This document shows, one piece after another, positions 45,360 through 55,000 of a DNA stretch of 64,000 nt (positions are counted from its first letter, which is position 1; each line of letters begins with the position of its first letter). The position numbers and the translations under genes were made by a program. The DNA is from Hamiltosporidium tvaerminnensis FI-OER-3-3 (Eukaryota; Fungi; Microsporidia), in the NCBI GenBank assembly GCA_022605425.2, contig CM061251.1:434001-498000 (forward strand). The letters run 5' to 3'. Below the pieces are notes generated by a model. It did not search any database and was not told where the DNA came from. It saw only the letters and a list, made by a program, of their open reading frames with translations.

Positions 45360-46015
45360 CAATCCACGTTTTTATACCAGAAACATATATTTTTTTGGAA
45401 CTCATTTTAATTGTTTGATTTGCCCGTTCAACCTACCCTGAACTTTTGGATTGCGTGGTCTTCAATGTATAAGTTGCATGTTAAGAGCCGTTAAGTGTGT
45501 TTCCATCAATTCATTTTTAAATTCTTTACCATTATCAGACTAAATCGCTATTGGAATGCCGAAATTATCGAATAGAAATTTGAACGGACTGTGAAGTTTT
45601 GTTTTATAGCTTAAAATTCCGGAGATGGTTTGTATAAGATCCGATTACGTTTAAAATTAAATATTTTACATCATTTTGATGCGTATCTTCTAGGATTTAC
45701 ACAATCAATCATATATATAATATTTTTCTGTAAAATTCTTAATATTTATTTGCTGAATTTCCTTCAAAAAATGATATCTAACACTTGACCATGATTTTGC
45801 CTATTCGCTTATGCATGCGTGGGAATTTCATAATATTTTTGTCTAATTAATGTAATCATTCTATTAATTCCACTATGTGCCGCAATAAGTTCTATCTCAA
45901 TTATATGTTTAATTAGCACATTTTGAAATCCAAAAACAACTTTCAGCATATCTGGCGCATGTTTGAAGCAAAGATCATCTCCAAGTATTATAACCTGGTT
46001 ATACTTTCTTCTCAA
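45360..46015 (-). pseudogene. Integrase pseudogene (HHCC zinc-binding region and DDE core) of family B
   Basis: AAHSGINRMITLIRQKYYEIP (ORF 45809..46015) followed by LFDNFGIPIAI*SDNGKEFKNELMETHLTALNMQLIH*RPRNPKVQG...ERANQTIK. This matches the QSDNGxEF and HGRPRxPQxQGxVERxNQT motifs of Ginger2/KRBA2/SCAND3-type integrases. Confidence 0.9.
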
Positions 46016-46341
46016 AAGTCTTTTGTTTGTTTAGTGTATTTAGGTAGTTACTGTTCGGGCTTCAAAAAAACACTAAAATATCATTTTCTTCCTTTTTTTC
46101 GCAAATTGCGATCCTTAGCATTTAACCTACATTATTTTTTGCTATTAGTAAGATAAAATTTAAAAAAAATAAGAAATGAGGAACTACGTTATTTTTAGAG
46201 CTTTATTCATTGTTAAGGGTCTTTTGCTTGGAAATCTATTTCCTATAACATGTTATTGCACTTTAAATATTTATTCAATCTATAATATCAAACAATAAAA
46301 AGTCGTAAAAATTATATTGAGATTATTTTATATCTGTTGCC

Positions 46342-47079
46342 AAGCGGAGGGAGGATAACCACATAAAAAACTTTCTGCTTGGCAATGAGTGTGTGAAACT
46401 GATGTGAGGTCATTGTTTGGATTTTTAGTTGGAATAAAACCACACTACATCTTCGGTTGTTTTATGGGAGGTTGTATGAGCAATAGAGGTCTACGAAATA
46501 GCGAAACTTTTTCTAAAAATTTATTTGTAGTTTTTTATGTAACCAGATTACAGACCGCAGCTGAACATGTAGGTAATTGCCATGTAAAAGCATGGAAACT
46601 TAGCCTTGCTTACTCGGGTTAGAAGACTTAGCGCCTGGGAGATATAAAAATAAAACCCATTAAAAGCCGGGAGAGCTAATTAGCAGGTTATACCTGTTGG
46701 TATGACATTGCACTGTCTAGGTGAACCCCATGTTAGTCTCTGAAATATATCTTAGCTAGAAGTTTATTGGGTTCAGAAAGTGTAGAATAAGTGGGAATGC
46801 TGCATAGTCTTGGGGGGAGCCCATAGGGGCTTCGATCACATTCTATGCAACGGACATTAACGAACTCCGGGCAACTGCCTCGCCTAGTAATTAGGTTCTA
46901 CACTCCTGGTAGATGAAAGTTTTAGGGATAAAGGTATCCCAGGGGTTACCGATGGAGTTTTGGTGGAGCAGTTATTTATGTTAAACCTAGAACTGCGTTA
47001 ATATCATGAAAACAAATATAACACTTGCCACTGTTTTAAAAAAGATGTGATACTTTTAAATAAAGTCTACCAGGGGATT
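46342..47079 (+). mobile_element. ~740-bp non-coding element, full-length copy 2 (738 bp), inserted into Ginger family B
   Basis: Flanked by TATCTGTTGCC (46331-46341) and TATCTATTGCC (47080-47090). The family-B copy at 4396-4406 shows the empty site with a single TACCTATTGCC. Confidence 0.9.
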
Positions 47080-47466
47080 TATCTATTGCCTGTTAATCCT
47101 CTGGATTAAAATACTTTAATCCGAACTTGAAAATATAGGAAATAGCATGGTAGCAATAGATGGTAGGGTAAATACGAAATATCAGGGAAATTACTGGATG
47201 TGAAATATATTACAAATAACATATATCTTTAAAAAAAGGGTGATATTAATATAAAAGGTGTATTAGAAATAACGGGGCACTAAGGACATGCGGGTTCACA
47301 ATGAACCGTGACATATAATGCAAGAAAAAATAAGCTTATAACTGTTAGCGACGACTCAAAATGGCCACAGAAAGAAAATATTTTGCTATGTGAAGAACTA
47401 TATTTTGCTATATCCAGAATAGAAATGTATTCTAGGTGCAGAAGGTATGTAACAACACTGTAATAG

Positions 47467-49496
47467 TGTCACAAACCAATAAACCCCTCCATGCCCAATA
47501 GAACCCCAGTTATTTCCTTTAAGCTCCCTCTCGTTATTTCAATGATTTTATATTCATTGCTCCTCTGAACTACAGCCCTGCATAAACCTTAATCTCCCTC
47601 TGTAATGCCGTCTACTGGCCTCTTTTCAGTCGGTTTGATTACTTTTCTGGGTTTCGTAACAAGGCGTTTAAAAGGGTAGGTTGTCAGCTTCACCTCCAAC
47701 TTGGAGACTATTCCCTTTAGTCACCTCTTACGAAAACCAAGGAATATAACAAGCTTATTCATCCCGCAGCATGGTGGGAAAATGATTTTATATACCTCCG
47801 CATAATTCTATTAATTTTATAAATCTTGGTTATTTCCTAATAATTTATAGAACCTCCCTATTTTGTATATATTACACCTAAAGCCTATATATTCCAAAAA
47901 AGGAAGTGATTAAATTTCTATACTTAATAGGGGTCAATTTAAAAAGGTGCTTGTATGGTTTTTTAGTTAAAATTCCTGCCAAAAAAATTCTTTTAAATTT
48001 TGACAGGATAAAAATAAAAAATGCATTTAATTGCAAACTAGAAAGATTGATAAAATGAAATACATTTTATTGTGCAACTAAAACTTTTGGTGTGTCACCA
48101 TCCTTTTTTTTAATTCAATCATGTTGTTGGTTAAAGTAACTTTAACTTTAAAAAGTAAATTATGGTAAATGGAAGTAAAAGGTGCTATTTTCTTCTTTTT
48201 CTTTATATTGGAATCTTTTTTTCGTTAAGAATGTACCTCTAACAAACAAATCTCTCGAGATGCTTTTTGATTTTTTTCTCTCTACAATTCTTCCCCTTAA
48301 ATTTTAAAAAATTAGCAAAATCGGAAAATTTACGATCGTTTTCGAAATTATTGGTTATTATGGTATTGTGGCGTTTACCAGTTCATTAAATTATTTATGC
48401 ACATTCGAGGCAATCTCTAGGTTCAACCGTTTTAATTTGCTTTTCCAAAAGTGGGACTATACCGAAATCTACCTGAATTGAAAAACAATTCTATCAGTTT
48501 CGGTTTCAAAAATTATGCTTCCAGCAATCTAATTATAAAAGACTTGGAGGATGAAGAAATGCATAAATCGAAGATTTGTTTAGTGCACTCTTTATTGTTT
48601 TGTTAAATACACAAACAAGATGTTTGAATGCTCAATCAACTTTCTTCGAGCGGTTTCATGCAATTCTATTACTAGCTATCTTTTCATGGCGGGTTTGTGT
48701 GTTTAATTTGACTTTGGATTTTGGATTGCGGTGTGTTCTATGTATAACTTTGATACTTAGAAGAGTCATTAGAATTTTAAAAAGTAAATTCTTAAAATAT
48801 ACCCTGATCTATATTTTATAACAACGGAATAATAAAGTGGAAAAACGAGAATTCAATGAATCTTCTGCTAATTGTGAAGTCTTATTAGATATCTTATTAC
48901 CTTGAATGGTTCAGTAATGTGTTGATTATATTAACCCTGCAAAATTAACCATTTTGACTGGTTATCTCAAAGATCTAGACTATCCTGTATACTATTTTTT
49001 TTAAAATATCTGTTAAATTTCCTTTTCTTTTTTTCCGCAAAATAACAATTAAGGCAGATTAGTTTCATGCACCTGCACTTGGTGATACATAAAATGAAAA
49101 CATAGGAGAAAAAAAAAGAAAAAATATAATTGAAACTTCATTGAAATTATTGTACTGTGTTATGTTATTTAGTACAAGTGTCTATAAGTTTTAAATACGT
49201 TTATCGTTTTCAAACATTAATTGAAACAAAAAGGCAAAATTATAAGCCAAAAGAAGCATCTAATTTTTATTCATAATTAACCATCCTAAACTTTTTTATG
49301 CAAAAAAATTTTAAGAAAGCATGCATAAAAAATAATGGGAAGGGATGTGAAATCAGAAGATGCATAGGAATAAATGTGTATAAGAGTTTAAAATAAAAGA
49401 ACTATATAAAAAATAAAGTGTGTTTTCTACTATAAAAAGTATGTAGAAAATAACGGGAGTTCTCTTGGACATGGGGGGGTTTATTTAGCCGACACA
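47467..49496 (-). mobile_element. Ginger2/TDD-like family A, copy 2, with 4-bp TSD ATAG/ATAA
   Basis: TIRs TGTCACAAACCAATAAACCCCTCCATGCCCAATAGAACCCCAGTTATTTC and (reverse) TGTGTCGGCTAAATAAACCCC...CATGTCCAAGAGAACTCCCGTTATTTTC. Flanks are ATAG (47463-66) and ATAA (49497-500). Decayed VIHRTHRNPKS integrase motif on the minus strand near 48710-48750. Confidence 0.85.
47554..47780 (-). mobile_element. RTE-derived SINE-like element (227 bp), copy 1, inside Ginger A copy 2
   Basis: Perfect 13-bp TSD AATGATTTTATAT (47541-47553 and 47781-47793). Homologous end to end with 54768-55000. Confidence 0.9.
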
Positions 49497-51200
49497 ATAA
49501 ATCTTGTAAAACAATAGACCATTTAGCGACTCAATGTGAGAAAAGGCTAGGTCGTGACTACACCAGACGGCATAATCTAATGGTAAGATGCCCGCACCTT
49601 CTTCTCCTAAATAGATTAAGTCTATGTTTTCAAAACGAATTAAGAGTCAGTCGGTTCAAAAGGTTCTGTAAAACGAGCATGCGGAGACACCAGAATAGAA
49701 ACCGATGTCAAAATTTGGAATAATAGACCCGATATATTTATTTTACATAAGAGTAACAAAAAGATTACACTCATTGAAATAAGAATTATTTCCAAGATTT
49801 TACTTCAAATGGTGTAACCGAAAAATCTTATAGAGTTTGATCTGTTAGACAATGAGTTAGATTTTGTTTCTAAATGTATTTAAGATAATCTCCTATGTGA
49901 GGACCTGGGCAGGTATTGCGATAAGACTACCTTAATTCATGGCATAAAAGACTGCAAATACTGATGAATATTGAGACATATATTCAGTCGATTGTATTTA
50001 AGAAGACCCTCGGAACACAGCCCTTTAATAGGTGAAAAGAACTTGAGTCGGGACTAAATGTCGAAGAGTGCTATGAGAGTGTGTCGATAGTGTTATCGAG
50101 CGAGCCAAAAGTCAAGAGGAACCAACACTTTCGTTAAAAAATGCGAGTAACAAGGAAGATGGTGTCAAACATTTTAAAATAAAGAACAATACACCCCTGA
50201 ATTTCAGATGGAAGAACCACATTAGTGGAACCGATGATAAACATAAAGAGGAATTGGATTATAAGACTAAAAATATTGAGGTTAAAGAGGTATAATGAAA
50301 TATATAAAGTGTGACAAAAGTATTCTTATCCAGAAATTTATTGAATAATATCATTTCGGTAAGAATATTAGGCATTATTTTGTTGTTTTTTTGAAAATTT
50401 CAAGCAAAAGAATCAGAACCTTAATAAGAATAAAAATTAGTATAATTTGATCCTCAAGGTAGATTTCTAATCAATAAATTTCCCCATAAAAAATAATAAA
50501 TATAAATTTGTACATTTAAAGATATTTTTTCATTCTTTTTATTCAAGTTATAACACTTCTTACTAAAAATAATGTTATATATAAGCATCCTAATTGATTT
50601 ATTATAAATAGTGACATCAATATAGTATACTTTAACCATCTAGGTATGTCTAGAATCGAGGGGAAACCATACAATGCGACTACTAATTCTATTAATGGAT
50701 TCGCTTGGTATATTTTTAAAGAAAAGCGTTTTAAAAATTGGTTTCACTTTTTGGTGATTACCCATAAAATAATTACATCAAACTTGAGTGATACGTTTAC
50801 ACCTAAATATATTTGCATGGTTTTTCATGATATAAACGTATATTCTTCATTTGGAAAGCTTTTTTTTTTCAAAAAATATTCGAGAACAAATAGGAAAATT
50901 AATTAATCAAAGTTTTAAACAAATGAGATATGTGTAATTTCTTACTTAAATATTTTTTTATAAATTATATTTACATCATTTTATAAGAACTAATGGTTTA
51001 TCAAATAGTAAATTAACAAATATGTAGTTTATTTTGTTTTATCTGTTAAATTTTATTCTGACCAATCCTATTTCAAGATTTCCGGATTTGTTATAAAATA
51101 CTCCTTTAGGTATAATAGGGGTAATCCTTTTTTTTATCTTGAAAGGTATTGGTAGATTTTTGGAAAAGTAAAATTTAAATAGTTAGAAAATGCCGTGTAT

Positions 51201-51644
51201 ATGAATGGGGAAAAGGATAATCCGGAAACCAAACAAGATAACAAATCCGTAGAAGCAGAGAAGCAGGGTAGTGATGTTGCGTCTTCTTCTTCAGCATCAA
51301 AAATGAGTGATTCTAAAAATAAAGAATTTCCTAAAGTAGAAAATGTAGAAATTAAAACAGCCCAGGTTGAAAAGGAGAGAGTTGAAAAAAAACCTACGAT
51401 TGTGACTTTAGAAGAAGTGAATTACTATAATGAAAATATTAATGATTTGAAGCCAAAAGCTGGAGAAAAAACTTCACCTTTTGTTATATTTTTAAATTCA
51501 AAATTCAAAGAAATTGTGGCTAAAAATAGAAGAATCCGAAGTGCAAAAATCGGTTTAGCCATTGTAAGTATATTTGTATTAGGAGCAATCGGACTTGTTG
51601 GTGGATACTTTTTATTTAAGTTTTTACAAAATTCTTATGGGTAA
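51201..51644 (+). CDS. Small hypothetical protein with a single C-terminal transmembrane helix (tail-anchored-like)
   Basis: Open frame with elevated GC. First ATG is at 51201 (the ORF track starts at GTG 51195). Charged, Ser-rich N-terminus, basic NRRIRSAK, then IGLAIVSIFVLGAIGLVGGYFLF and a short tail. AATAAA overlaps the stop. Confidence 0.8.
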   Translation: MNGEKDNPETKQDNKSVEAEKQGSDVASSSSASKMSDSKNKEFPKVENVEIKTAQVEKERVEKKPTIVTLEEVNYYNENINDLKPKAGEKTSPFVIFLNSKFKEIVAKNRRIRSAKIGLAIVSIFVLGAIGLVGGYFLFKFLQNSYG

Positions 51645-51648
51645 TAAA
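51643..51648 (+). terminator. AATAAA polyadenylation signal overlapping the stop codon
   Basis: ...GGG TAA TAAA. A poly(A) signal at or next to the stop codon is typical of microsporidian genes. Confidence 0.55.
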
Positions 51649-53358
51649 TCCTTTGCTTTCTTAATTTTCATTTTAAAATAGTTTTCTTATCATCAATCGA
51701 TTAAATCATATATTAAGATCCTTATATAATTATTTCAAAATTGCAAGTAATATATAAAATAAAATATTTATTTGTTTTATGGCATTATTTAAAAAATGAA
51801 AGAATGACAACAAATGTATTTAGTAGTAAAAAAATTCTATTTAAGTAAATATCAATGAACATAAAATTTTTTTAAAATCTAATAATATTAAGTTGTTTAC
51901 AATTAAGTTAGTAAAAATTTTGAACTTAATGCTTATAAATAGGAAATATAAATACGGGCTTAAGTTCTTTATATGTTAAGAACTTATTTAAAAATATTCT
52001 ATTTGTACTTTTGTTTGCCTATCAGAATTTACAAATAAGAATATTTCTGGGCAATAAATTCTTGAAGGTGAATGTATGAAATATATAGGCTAGAAACCTA
52101 ATTAAAACCGATCTAAAACAATAATCAATTTTCTGTTATGTTTATTCTAAATATGGGTTCTGATCGATAATATATTCGGAGTTCAGAACTTGGCATACAC
52201 GGTTTTCTGCCAATCTTTGACCCAAAAAACCTTTAGTGAAACTTATTGTTGCGGCAATGGTCTAGGGGATAGTATATTGGAATTTACTTGTGACAGTTCA
52301 GTTTCTATCTCGGGTTTGTGCACTCTTTATTTTTCGTCAAAGAAGATTTGCGTTGGGCTGAAAATCTAACCAATCAAAATAAAATGTCTATGAAATGCTT
52401 ATAACTTGACGAAGCTCTAATTTGTTTGTGTGTTTCCTTCTATCTGTAGGGAAAGAACAAGAAAAAAAACTGTTTTTCCCCTGAGTCGGGTCTTATTTAT
52501 AAGTGTAATGCGAAAATAATTCCATTTAGGATTACTTGAAATTAATTGCAACAAAGTACAATAAGACATTTATTTATAAGCACAAATATCAGTTATAAAG
52601 GTGGCATACAGCTACTCATGGAGTCAAAAAGACAAATATAGTTCTTTGGTAGTGAAAGAATTGCTTCCTAATTAATTACATATTTGCTTTGCAATAGATC
52701 ATATGAGAATTGGGAATAAATTATAAACTCAAAATAACCACTTATCTATTACATAAACAGAAATTTTGGATATAAAGAGTAAACAATCAAAACAAGATTA
52801 TTGAACCTAAAACACGGATACAATGACAACCCCAAGGTAACGAATCAAATCATATGAAAGAATCAAATGTAATCAAAGTGCTATATATTTCGAGGAAAGT
52901 GTAATAAATCAACACATACAAGATAACAAGAACACTCTATTACATTTTATTTATTTACGTATTTTTGAAATCAAATTTAAAATCCTTGATTTTATGACTT
53001 TAATTTTGATTAGAAAAAATTACTCATTTAAAAATTGAAAAAAAATATCTTTTTAATTTGATAAATTAAAAATTTATACCTATAAAACACTGGGTTTATA
53101 CTTTTAATCTGTATATAATGTACTTTTATTAAAATTTCAAACATATTTTTAATTTCAAATTTGTATAAAATTTTTTAAAGGTAAAGTATTTACCTTTGTT
53201 CTAAGAAATCTCTCTATATCTGAATATTTTTTTGCTAAGAGCGTTTTGAATTATTAATTTAATAGGAATTGGTACTATTACTGTATTTATTTTAGAAAAT
53301 TGATAATTAAGTGGCAATACCTAAATAATAATTGGTTTATTTTTAAAATCTAATTTTT

Positions 53359-54429
53359 TTATAAAATAATTTTATTTTCAAATTTGTATTTCAAACAGAT
53401 AAGAAAAACATGAAAAACTGTAAACTCTGGCCAAAAAACCTTACAAAAGAAAATATTTGCCCCTTTGGCACAGTCTTCTAATCTGAAATCACTTAATCTT
53501 AATTCACCACTTGTTCTTACAATTATGTCTGTACTCCTATCATCATTAAACCTTAAACACGTATAAATATCCTCTGGGTTATCTCCGTTTCCTCCTTTGT
53601 TACTCTTTTCAATATTCTTGACTGTGTCCTTGCTAATTTTTCTTTTTTGTTGATAAATATTCTTACAATATACTTCGATATTTTTATTTTTCGATTCCTT
53701 GATTTTGTTCTTCATATTCTCCTTTTTTGAATCATCAAAGGATTTTTCTTTGAAAAATTTGGTTTGGGAATTATTTTTTCTTTGTTTTAGTCCTTCTTCA
53801 ACAATATTTATACTTTGGAAATCACTTCCTCTTTTAACATTTTTTTTTACTTCGAGAATATCATCGTTAAAAATATTATTTCTTGTTGCTTCATAGTTCC
53901 TTTTAATCACATCTGTAGATGAATAAGCAAAAAAAATATTTACAATACATTTTTTATTATCCTTAGTCATTACCATTACCTCTTTAAAGACATTATATAC
54001 TTCAATAGGAACAAGATCAAATCTACCATGAAACACAACCCTAACTTCATATTTCTTATCCATAAGTTTATTCTTATTTTCAATGATTAATTTATAAATT
54101 CCCTCTAATTCGTTTTTATCTCTTTGTAAATTTGATAGACTCAAAGCAAAAAAAGATATTTCTTTAAATCCTACTTCACTACAATACCTCATAAGACATA
54201 ACATATTTTTAAATCCATTTTGTTTTGCCCAAATATCGTTTTGATTACTTTTTTTCGCATATCTTCTATTTCCATCCATTATAAAAGATATACTTAGGTT
54301 TTTACCAATTTTTATTTTTCTTAAAATAAAATTTTTGGAAAATAAATGAAATAAATAAGCGATTAATCTACTGTTTAATAGGTATTCTAGTAATGCTACT
54401 GTTATTTTTCTTATTACCTCCAGTAACAT
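53359..54429 (-). CDS. RER2: cis-prenyltransferase / dehydrodolichyl diphosphate synthase catalytic subunit (UPP synthase family)
   Basis: Family motifs FIMDGNRRYAK, FALSLSNLQR..E, NIFFAYSS, DIIVRTSGELRLSDF and FWPEF. Intact 356-aa ORF. Confidence 0.93.
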   Translation of the reverse strand: MLLEVIRKITVALLEYLLNSRLIAYLFHLFSKNFILRKIKIGKNLSISFIMDGNRRYAKKSNQNDIWAKQNGFKNMLCLMRYCSEVGFKEISFFALSLSNLQRDKNELEGIYKLIIENKNKLMDKKYEVRVVFHGRFDLVPIEVYNVFKEVMVMTKDNKKCIVNIFFAYSSTDVIKRNYEATRNNIFNDDILEVKKNVKRGSDFQSINIVEEGLKQRKNNSQTKFFKEKSFDDSKKENMKNKIKESKNKNIEVYCKNIYQQKRKISKDTVKNIEKSNKGGNGDNPEDIYTCLRFNDDRSTDIIVRTSGELRLSDFRLEDCAKGANIFFCKVFWPEFTVFHVFLICLKYKFENKIIL

Positions 54430-54432
54430 TAA

Positions 54433-54435
54433 GGG
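54433..54435 (-). promoter_or_regulatory. CCC-like motif just upstream of the ATG
   Basis: Minus strand reads AAAGACCCTTAATG. A CCC-like motif near the start codon is a known microsporidian gene signal and supports the 54429 start. Confidence 0.55.
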
Positions 54436-54767
54436 TCTTTAAACTTTGAATTTTAAAATAGGAATTATTGAAGAAGCATACGAACTTAAAGGAAATTAGA
54501 GAGCTTAGAAAAAAATATTTAAAACGCTGGCTAAGAAATATTACTATTTTTATGGTTAAAAGGATCTGGGGAAAAATAAAATGATACTCTGAATGCAATA
54601 TTGATTATTTTCAGGCAGAATAGGTAAGTTTTTCTTACATTTATATTATCTACAAAATCACAGCCGGGATTTTAGAAATACAAGAAAAAATCCAAAATTA
54701 TGATCATTCAGTAAGAATAAGAATTATAAGCGGTGATTTTGATATTCAAATGCTATTCTGTATAAAA

Positions 54768-55000
54768 TTCCTTACCATGCCGGAAGCAGAATTGGCTTAG
54801 AGTATTCACTGCTTGTCGTAAGAGACTACTAAAAGGGACCAATTTCCATGTTGGGGTTGGGCATAGGGCTAACAACCCACGTTTTAAAACTAGCTTGTTA
54901 CAAAACCCGATAAGTAAATAAACCCACTGGAAAAGACCGGTGGGCGGTATTACTAAGAGAGACCAAGACTCGCACAGAGCTGTAGTTCTAAGGATGAATG
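54768..55000 (+). mobile_element. RTE-derived SINE-like element (233 bp), copy 2
   Basis: 10-bp TSD CTGTATAAAA (54758-54767 and 55001-55010). The middle GGTTGGGCATAGGGCTAACAACCC...TTGTTACAAAACC resembles an RTE 5' UTR, and the end CCAAGACTCGCACAGAGCTGTAG...GATGAATG resembles an RTE 3' terminus. Confidence 0.88.

Larger units (their letters stand above)
44497..47313 (-). mobile_element. Ginger2/TDD-like DDE-integrase DNA transposon, family B, near full length, decayed; carries the 738-bp insertion
   Basis: Right end reads TGTCACGGTTCATTGTGAACCCGCATGTCCTTAGTGCCCCGTTATTTC on the minus strand from 47313. A degraded left end TTTCGCGGTTTAAAATTGCCCC lies at ~44497 (uncertain). Contains an integrase pseudogene. 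Confidence 0.75.
47314..50345 (+). mobile_element. RLE-type non-LTR retrotransposon 3' fragment, split by Ginger family A (47467-49496)
   Basis: 47314-47466 reads YNARKNKLITVSDDSKW...IFCYIQNRNVF*...QHCN. Removing element A and one 4-bp TSD copy restores in-frame QHCNKSCKTIDHLATQCEKRLGRDYTRRHN, followed by TDVKIWNNRPDIFILHK...LIEI and ETYIQSIVFKKT. Confidence 0.85.

Noticed and set aside
46389-46622. ORF in the 740-bp element with RT-like RGLRNSETFSKNLF...LAYSG; GVLQEGESL in copy 3; VDESF...RYPRG (Merlin/piggyBac-like) near 46910
   Set aside because: The RT-like matches fall in different registers in different copies, there is no YADD, and the frames are not conserved. Treated as chance, though a very old coding origin cannot be excluded.
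47343-47454. Possible solo LTR (TGTTA...TAACA)
   Set aside because: No TSD, and the segment translates as part of the RLE LINE ORF.
49500-49530. Both RLE LINE fragments apparently truncated at the same CCHC position
   Set aside because: The + copy continues upstream of the inserted Ginger A (47314-47466), so the coincidence is an artefact.
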